DNA of 64,000 bases from Takakia lepidozioides (taxonomy: Eukaryota; Plantae; Bryophyta). Made by a program: the position numbers and the translations under genes. This document shows, in pieces, positions 55,779-64,000 of the stretch (position 1 is the stretch's first letter; each line of letters opens with the position of its first letter). The notes below the pieces were generated by a model that was not told the DNA's origin, did no database searches, and was given only the letters and a program-made list of their open reading frames with translations. The stretch lies in contig CM060731.1 in the NCBI GenBank assembly GCA_030704615.1, forward strand, positions 53,320,001 through 53,384,000, written 5' to 3'.

Positions 55779-57199
55779 TACAAACAATTACAATAAATTA
55801 ATGCATTAATTATGACCATTTTCATCTCCCATATTTTTTTTTTGCAGTGGGCGGCTCTTAGTAGTAGACTAGTCAATTTCGTGTCATCTCTCTCTTGCTA
55901 TTTCTCAATCAGCTTATACTAGCTTGTAAATGGAGATAGTGCTGAGCAACAATATATGTCAATTATTGTTCAATGATCCTTGCAATGGATTAAAAAGGAC
56001 ATTGATATGTAACTATATTTACATTGATTTGATGGGCACTATGTTGCTTACAAGTGGTTGCAGACAACAAGCTACATTAGAAGGATGATGTGTACTGGTC
56101 CTTGTTTTTCATCTTATTGTTGTCTTGCCATGTCCATATATTGGGTGATGCCACATTCAGATGTTTTTTCTATCTTCATTGTCTTTGTTTGCATGTTCTA
56201 TGTGACTGCTGGGTACACACTGTTTACTATATTGCCCTGTATAATATTAATTTCATTTTGTAGTCATAGAGTCATGTGCATGACCAATATAAATTGGACA
56301 CGTGTCCTTCATATTATAATTTAAAATACTAAATGCATTGCCAAAGCGACACATGCCGATTCCAATAGTCATATACATGACTGCACCGTGACTTACTACC
56401 ATCATACACCTATGTGTCATTCAAACTCTTTAACTTGTACTATCCCCTCTTCCTGCCCTCTTGTCTACTTTCAGTTGTTGTGACTCCAGAGAGTCACAGT
56501 GCCTACAGTATCTCCCAATTTCTTATGTGCAAGTTTTGCAGCGATGTTGAAAATTATATAGCAAATGAGCACTTCTAATGACAGCTTCTTGAATAAATAC
56601 AGCCACGTATCTTTTTGGCACAACAGGGTACCTGTCACAGACCTTGGTCCCTATTAAACCAACAACAAATCCATATATTCCAGCCTTGGACTTTGATGTT
56701 GCCTCTATTAATCGAACTTTCTCTCCAGTGAAGTGCCATCCCTCCCAAACCACATACATAAATGATCAAAACTGTCAACCCCTCATAAATGTAGAAAATG
56801 ATACAAAGAGCAAACATGGAGTGTTTTATATGAACTGGTACAACATAGAAAAGGGGTGGAAAATTCAGCAGGGAAAACATACCCCATGTTGTATTTCATC
56901 TTGAGAAGTTTCCGAATGTTTCCTAGTATTACACTCTAGGGCTACGTTGCTTTAGAGGACTGATGTTTGTCCACAACTGCTACCTACACACGAACACACG
57001 TATAGTAGGACAAGTGAATGAAGATCTTACAAATCCACTTGAGAAAATAGAAAACACACAAAGAACAATGTGAGATATATAAGTAAGAAAATGCGAGATT
57101 TACCTCAGCTCCACACTCAGCCCCCTCTAATGCTTCAAGTATGCCTGAATCTGGCCTTTGAGATGTCGTTTCCTTAGTGGAGTATCTCCTATCCACACC

Positions 57200-57928
57200 C
57201 GAGAGTAATTCAAACTGACATAGGGTACGACTTCAGCTTTGATGATGTCACCATGAAGCTCTTTGCCATTTTCCAAGGCTGCAAGGACTGCACATGCATT
57301 GCAAACACAAATGAACGAACTAGGTTGGGTTTAAAGGCAATAATGTTCCAATTGACATTTGGTTCAAATACTCCAACTTCGACGACGTCATCATGAACAT
57401 CTTTACTCTTTTCTAGACTATTAGGCTTGCACGTGCAATATTGCAAACACAAATAGACATGACTCGGCTTCACGTACCCATTTTCGCATCATTTGCTCAT
57501 AGGCATCCAAGGCCTCCATCCCGCGCCCTTACTACGCATATCTACGAATCATTGCATTCCACAACTCCACATCTCATTCAGCCACATTTGGCCACCAATG
57601 ACATGTAGTATAATTTCAACTTTGAATCACCGTAAACCTCTTTGCTCTTTTCATGGGCTACCAAGCATACACGTACTGCATTAACACAAAGAAACGTGAC
57701 CAAGTTAGGCTAATTCATGAGGGCAGTGCTCAGACTGACAAACATGGTACAATTCCAGCTTTCACGATGTCACCATGAACCTCTTGCCCATTTTCCAGAG
57801 CTGTCAGGCTCGCACATGCATTGCAAACACAAGTAGACATGACCAGTTGGGTTTCAAGGAAGTGTTCAGACTGACCTCTAATACAATTCTAACTTTGACA
57901 ATGTCAACATGAACCCCTGGACACAATC
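57200..57928 (-). pseudogene. PLS-PPR relic (duplicate of 21895-22625)
   Basis: Same sequence and motifs as copy 1. Confidence 0.8.
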
Positions 57929-60900
57929 CAAACACATGTATCCATGAAATAGTACAAACGAAACTAATTACTAACATCAAGTAGGAAAATCTGCTCTGAA
58001 CGGGACCATGTCAAATTTTGACAAAAAATGTGGAGCCTAAAAGGTCCCTATACCTACATCATAGTCCTTTTTAGCATTCCAGAATGCCTTGCCATACCTG
58101 AATTAAACAATCTGACAAGAATTTCCAGGTGTTCAAGTAGAATGTCATGGTTTTATTTGTGATTAGTTAGAAATAGTTATTTCTAGCTAATTAGGACATT
58201 ATACATTTATATTTGTATTTTGTTGGCATTGGGACTTCATTTGGTTTCATGTGCCAAGTGAGGTGACGAACCTCACTTGGGACGTAGAGAGGTTATCTCC
58301 ACGTGAGACGTAGGCAGGCTCGTCTTCTTCTAGTCGAGCCTCCCGAGGCTTTTCTCGCTGCCATGGCTCTAATACTTGAGATGGAGAGTGGGTGAGGTCT
58401 GTATGGTGGATTCCTTTAGCAAAGGTGCTATTGGCTTGACTTATATAACGTGATAGAGTGGGTTCACCTCTTTTCACCATTTCCGTATCACTAGAAGAAG
58501 ACCTGTTTACATCTATGAATGCAAGGTGTTAGCATAGTTAGCACTTGTGGTGATAGCTATTGTGTTACAAGGTGTTGCAGGGTTTGCAAAAGGAAAGCCT
58601 TGTGTTGTTTATGTACAAGAGGAGGTCTTCAAGGAGAGCCCCATTGAAAAGTTTGAGAGCTTGTGAAGAAGCTCTTGTTCTGCAGGGTTTGAGGAGTTCA
58701 AGAAGAGCTCGGGTGTTAAGGAAGCAAGCGGTGCATGTGTGGAGCATGGTTTCAACTTGTGGGAATCTTCAACTTCAAGCTTATGAGAGCTATGAGTGGA
58801 GGTAGACATCTGATTTCTCTTTGGGGCAGAATAGTGTATTTGTGGAGCATGCTTTGAGTTGGGGTTTCAATCCTAAGCTTGGGAAGAACATGTCTATGGA
58901 AGTGGGAAGTGCAGGGCTGGATTAGGAGCTCTAAGAGGTGCACTATGGCCATGGAAGGAAGCACTATGAGTGCATGCGATGGCTAGAAGAGGATATGCCA
59001 TAGAAAGCTCAATAGCTTGTTCTATGCTTGTCTCAATAAGTTCCATAGAGAAAGAGAGTTTGTTGTGTGGCAAATAGCTTGCTCAGGGAGTTAGAGGCAC
59101 TCTTGGTGATCTATTGATGCTCAAGAAACCAAGAACAACACCTCTGGTTGCTCCATAGAAGCCATAGCTCGTTGCAGCAATCGCAGAGGCAAAGCGGAGC
59201 AAACCCTAGCTTGGGAACGCGTGGGAACTCGAGAGAACACGTGAGAATGCTTGGGAACTCTTTGGGAACTCGTGGGAACGCATGGGAACGCGTGGGAACA
59301 TTGCCCCAGAGTTGAGAGCACCACCATTGATCCATCGGATGAACTATTGAGCCAGTGGATGAAAATTGGCGCTCCTGGATAAGAATCGGTTGCAGTGAAT
59401 GAAATCTACACCAGTGGATGAAATCTTGGTATCGGATGAAATATTGTGCTATCGGATGAAAAATCACCGACGGCGGATGACATTGCGTCAGCAGATGAAA
59501 TCTCGTCAGCAGATGAACTATCGCGCTATTGGTTGAGAAATTGCAGCAACGGATGAAACTGCATCACCAGATGAAATCGTGGCAGCAGATGAACTATCGT
59601 GCTATCAGATGAAAAATCACGACAACGGATGAAACTGCGCAAGCGGATGAAATTGCGCCAGTGGATGAAATATCACACCGACGGATGAACTTTCGCGGCA
59701 GATGAAATATCGGACCTGCGGATGAAATATCGCGGTTTTGGATGACATTTGGTCAGCGACGGATGAAAATCGACTGCAGTGGATATTTTGGAGCCTTTTG
59801 GGGGCTTGTTTGAGGACTATTTGGGGTCTATTGAGGCCAACATCTAGCAGGTATTGGGGCCTGCTTTGAGGACTATTTGGGGTTTATTGAGGCCAATATC
59901 TAGCAGGTATTGAGGCCTGCTTTGAGGACTATTTGGGGGCTGTTGAAGCCAATATCTTGCAGGCTGTGGAGCCTTGTGAGGGCTGTTTGAAGGACTATTT
60001 GGGGTCCTTTGAGGCCAATGTTTTGCAGGCCTATGGAGCCTTGTGAGGGCTGGTTGGAGGACGATTGGAGATCCTTGGAGGCTTATATTGGGCAGACTTA
60101 TTGAGCTTTTTAAGAGCTCTTTGGGGGACTATTGGAGGTCCTTGGGGGCGGCCAATACTTGGTAGATTTGAGGAGCTTCTTAAGGGCTGGTTAGAGGACC
60201 TTGGAGGCCACTAATTGGCGGGCGCCTAGGGCCTTTTGGTGGACTCTTTGGAGTCCAAGTTTGCGAACTTCTTGAGCCTCGGTGGGTCTATGTGAGGGGC
60301 TGATTGAGGGCAGATTTCAGAAGTTCATGGGAATAATTTGAGGGCCCTTGAGAGTTATTTGAGAGGTCATTTAAGGATAGTCATCTCTATTGCTCGAGGA
60401 AGAGTGAGTGTGAAGATAGGGAGAGCAATGGGATGAGAACATTATGGGCTTAGAGTGTGCTTTAGCTTCCTTTCTCTATAGTCTTCCATCGTTCTTGTAG
60501 GCCAAAGCTTTTCCGTAAGCGGAGGCAGAGCTAGTTTGGATAGAGACTTGGTCATCTTGTAGGTTTATTGGAGCCGCAATGAGATCGATTGATTTAAGGT
60601 GTGGGAGGTGTTGTTGTTTGAGTTTCCTGTGTTTGGATCCTCCTCCCATACATGCATGTTTGACTGTGCACCATGCTAGTTTGGTTTGGGCGCTTGCTTT
60701 TATAGGTGGTTGTGCCGGAAATATTGTGGCCGGCCAACCCTAGAGCGTGCTGTCGGTGATGAGGTTGGGGTGATGACTAGCAGACCATCATTGTTTCTCT
60801 TACGGTGAGGTTGGGTTGATGACCAGCAGACCATAGGAGTGCCTGCGGTGGATGCAGGTACAGGTACTGGTGCAGGTTCAGGATAGGAACCCAGTCCAAT

Positions 60901-62329
60901 TCTGGTATGGGATATTGGACAATGAGCTGAGGAGAAGGGGGCGGGATGCAGTTCTCTCCTACAAGTGGCCCAACCCACCTTAGCAAACGTGTTTTTGCTG
61001 GCAGAGCGGATAGAGCTCAATATGGTGGAGGAGCGAATGGTCATGGTGGGGTTTTGGTAAGGAGACACAACGAAGCGGGGCTCCTAGCCAACAACAACCA
61101 CTACCCCAACGTGCTGCTCCACATTACCTGTGATTCCCTGTGGATCAATAGCTACCAGAAACCTGCATGGGTAGATGGTCAACTGGCAGCAGCGGCACAA
61201 TTGATATAATCAGGCACTGCTAATGAAAGCATCTTCTTCAGCACATTTCACCTTGTTTTTCCCTCTTATTAGAATCGGCCCTAACTTTCCATGTTGAAAT
61301 CTGCAAATTAGCTGGTTGAGTGAATCTAGTTTGGAGTGATTTTGACATGATATTGCCGATGTGACAATAGGAAAGTATCCAGAAACAGGTAACAGAGACG
61401 AGGACAAGCTGTGGAATGAATACTTTTCTGATCCCAGTCTTGACCTTCCTGCCGAGCCTTTCTTAACTAGTGCATTGTAGGAGTACCGGCACATTCACTG
61501 ACGACGTCATCAGGTTACCGGTAAAGCATTCTTATCCAGCTCCCCGTGGCCTGCCTTCTATGACCTTCCAGCTTAGTCTCGTTTTCATGCGCTCAGTGGC
61601 TAAAGCCATAGATGAGTCTTACGTGATGACCGAACTCAATCTGGGAACGCAACGATAATTCAAAATTACATAAGTGCTTAATTGCCCAAATACACTTCAG
61701 TCTGACATCAAAGAGTCTGAGATCAAAGATCTGAGTCTGAGTCTGAGTCTGAGGCAGAGGCCAGGCTGCACAATGCAGCCCAGCACAGAGGTTCAGCCTA
61801 AAGCTCCAAAAAACAACATTTGTTTGTTTTCTAAGTTCCTGCATAAGATGCACCAACCAACATTGCATTGTGAGACACTCACTATACTCCAAAGCTACCA
61901 GGGAAGGTCACTGAGCAACCTGCCAAGGCGGAAACACCTAAGTCTGGACCCACACTATATCCCTGCTCCTTCAACTATCCATGTCTTTGCACAAATCAAG
62001 CATACATCCTTGCCTTGCTGCTAGCAGCTACGATGATAGCCTAGATTTGCTCTAGGAAACACCCAACTCAACTTATCACACTAGTTCCTATGCTCAATTG
62101 CATCTGCTACTCTCTATAATCCAACAAGCATTCACCTTCTTGCCTCGATTGTCCCACTCGGTCAAAACACTCATACTGGTAGATCCAAAAACATGTTGTT
62201 GGGAACTCAGCAGAAATTCGTCCACAGGGTCCCGGTGAGGCCAGTGCATCCGAGTCTGTTGCACAATCCAGGAAACAGACTGGCTGTTAGTCTCCTGGAT
62301 AGTTTGCTCGGCCATCTGCTGAGTGGGTT

Positions 62330-62690
62330 CGTCAGTGTGCTGCATAGTCTGCTGAGGGGCAATCTGCTGGCTGGATTCGTCGGTCTGCTGCACGGTCTGC
62401 TGAGGTGCAAACTGCTGGCTGGATTCGTCGGTCTGCTGCACGGTCTGCTGAGGGGCAATCTGCTGGCTGGATTCGTCGGTCTGCTGCACGGTCTGCTGAG
62501 GGGCAATCTGCTGGCTGGATTCGTGGGTCTGCTGCACAGTCTACTGAGGGGCAATCTGCTGGCTGGATTCGTCGGTCTGTTGTACAGTCTGCTGAGGGGC
62601 AGTCTAGTGGCCATGTTCGCTGGTCTGCTACACAGTCGGCTGAGGGGCAGTCTGTTGGCCGGTCTGCTGCAAAGTCTGCAAAGTTCGCTG
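62330..62690 (-). repeat. 48-bp tandem repeat (~7 units) reading as Gln-rich 16-aa units on the minus strand; noisy copy at ~44905-45250
   Basis: Unit tctgctgaggggcaatctgctggctggattcgtcggtctgctgcacgg. The minus frame gives (QQTDESSQQIAPQQTV)n. Confidence 0.9.
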
Positions 62691-64000
62691 CCCGCTCAGT
62701 ACTATTTGCACATACTGAGTATGTGTGTGCGGGGCAGTCGCTGATTCTGAATTACAGTAGGAGGTCATGAAAGTGCTTGAGTGCTATGGAATGGGTGTCT
62801 TTGCTGGTGAAGTGTTGCTGGTGTACTGCCTTTAGATGTTGCACATGCCAACGGTACAATCATTAAAGTAGGGGATGTCTTGTGTGAAGAGATGGTGAAA
62901 GGATTGTTGAACTTAGTTGGAAGGAGGACACAAATGAAGGATAATGGGAAAGAATGCCAATGACATATGAAGAGGGCAATGTACCTACTATGGGGGTAGG
63001 CTGTAGCTTTTCTGAAAGAAGATATCAGGTGGCATGCATTTGTTCCCTACTGCTTGTATCAATCAGCTTAGGAACATTCATAGACTGAGATCTGCAATCA
63101 GTGGGGCATAAGGGTCTTTCAAATAGTTAAAATGCAGTTTTAAATGAGGAGTTAAAAGTGGGGGCTCTGTGATATCATGCCTTCTTCATGCAAAGGGAAA
63201 GAGAAGATAAATTTGAAATAGAGAAGCTAGGGTTTTGCATTTTCATTTAAGTAGATGTGAATGATGTCAAAACACCATGCATCAGTGTACAATCCATGGG
63301 CAGGATATGAAGGGGTAGCAATGTCATGCCAAAGGGGATCTGTTTCTTAGATAGATGTAGTATTAATAAAGAAGGAAAATGAGAGCTCATGTGTAGAAAC
63401 TAGGGCCTTTGCATTCTGGTTTACAGTAGAATAACTGGCACACATATTTCTGCATCACTTACCTAGTCCAAGTATGGGCCAGTGGGGTATCTCTGATATG
63501 TTTACACTGTGGATAGGATCTGAATCTGTATAAGGATCAGAATGTACACCCTGTGATTTTCCAATGATGACATCTGTAGGGAAGAAGAACCCTGACATAT
63601 ATGATGATTTGTTCACTAAAGAGACCCAATAACAATTTAGATAACCTCATCCCTGTCCATGTCTTCTCTTCCGCTGCGGCGTGGATAAGGGTATAAAGTC
63701 TCTAGTCATAAATAGATTTAAAATGAATTAAGTAGGGTCTGAATCATTTTAGAAAGAGCAAGTAGGTTGATGTCATAGGGCAGGGCCATGGATCACTACT
63801 CAAGAAACAGTTAACTATAGTTTACCAGAAGGGTTTCATGCCCCTTCTTTTTCACACTACAGTGTGGCTTTTCCTTGATGTAGGATGTGAAGTGTCCATC
63901 CTGCAAATGTGGGCTTTTGGCTCCTGTTAGTACGGTATTCTTCCTGATGTTTACAAGGTTCTTGGGAGAATCAGCTTGGTCTTAGCAGCCCACTGATTCA

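Larger units (their letters stand above)
55780..64000 (+). repeat. Copy 2 of the duplicated segment (no poly-C), starting right after the gap
   Basis: Matches 20473-26807 followed directly by 44693-46549. Confidence 0.95.

Noticed and set aside
55151-55876. ORFs spanning the N run
   Set aside because: Artefacts of translating through the gap.

Overview
Eukaryotic land-plant nuclear DNA, most likely from a moss or other bryophyte (inferred from the Pp2-like MYB and the hAT families present). Two intact-looking spliced genes are supported: an R2R3-MYB transcription factor (minus strand, 3 exons, 518 aa) and a small ankyrin-repeat protein (plus strand, 4 exons, 207 aa). The rest is mostly repeats and relics: a LINE endonuclease fragment, an hAT MITE with an 8-bp TSD, an intronic MITE, an hAT transposase pseudogene, a probable Gypsy PPT+LTR, a tRNA-Glu pseudogene and several minisatellites. 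The most interesting biological signal is a ~2-kb fold-back (11.2-13.2 kb) together with scattered, shuffled fragments of PPR genes (clear at 21.9-22.6, 47.2-47.4 and 48.7-49.0 kb; weak around the hairpin). These could represent a PPR-derived hairpin/siRNA locus, but that is a hypothesis. The 17.9-kb poly-C tract (26808-44692) is almost certainly a long-read/assembly artefact: the same locus appears again after a 500-N gap (55780-64000) with no poly-C. That second copy is probably a false duplication. Coordinates of degenerate features were read by eye and are approximate.
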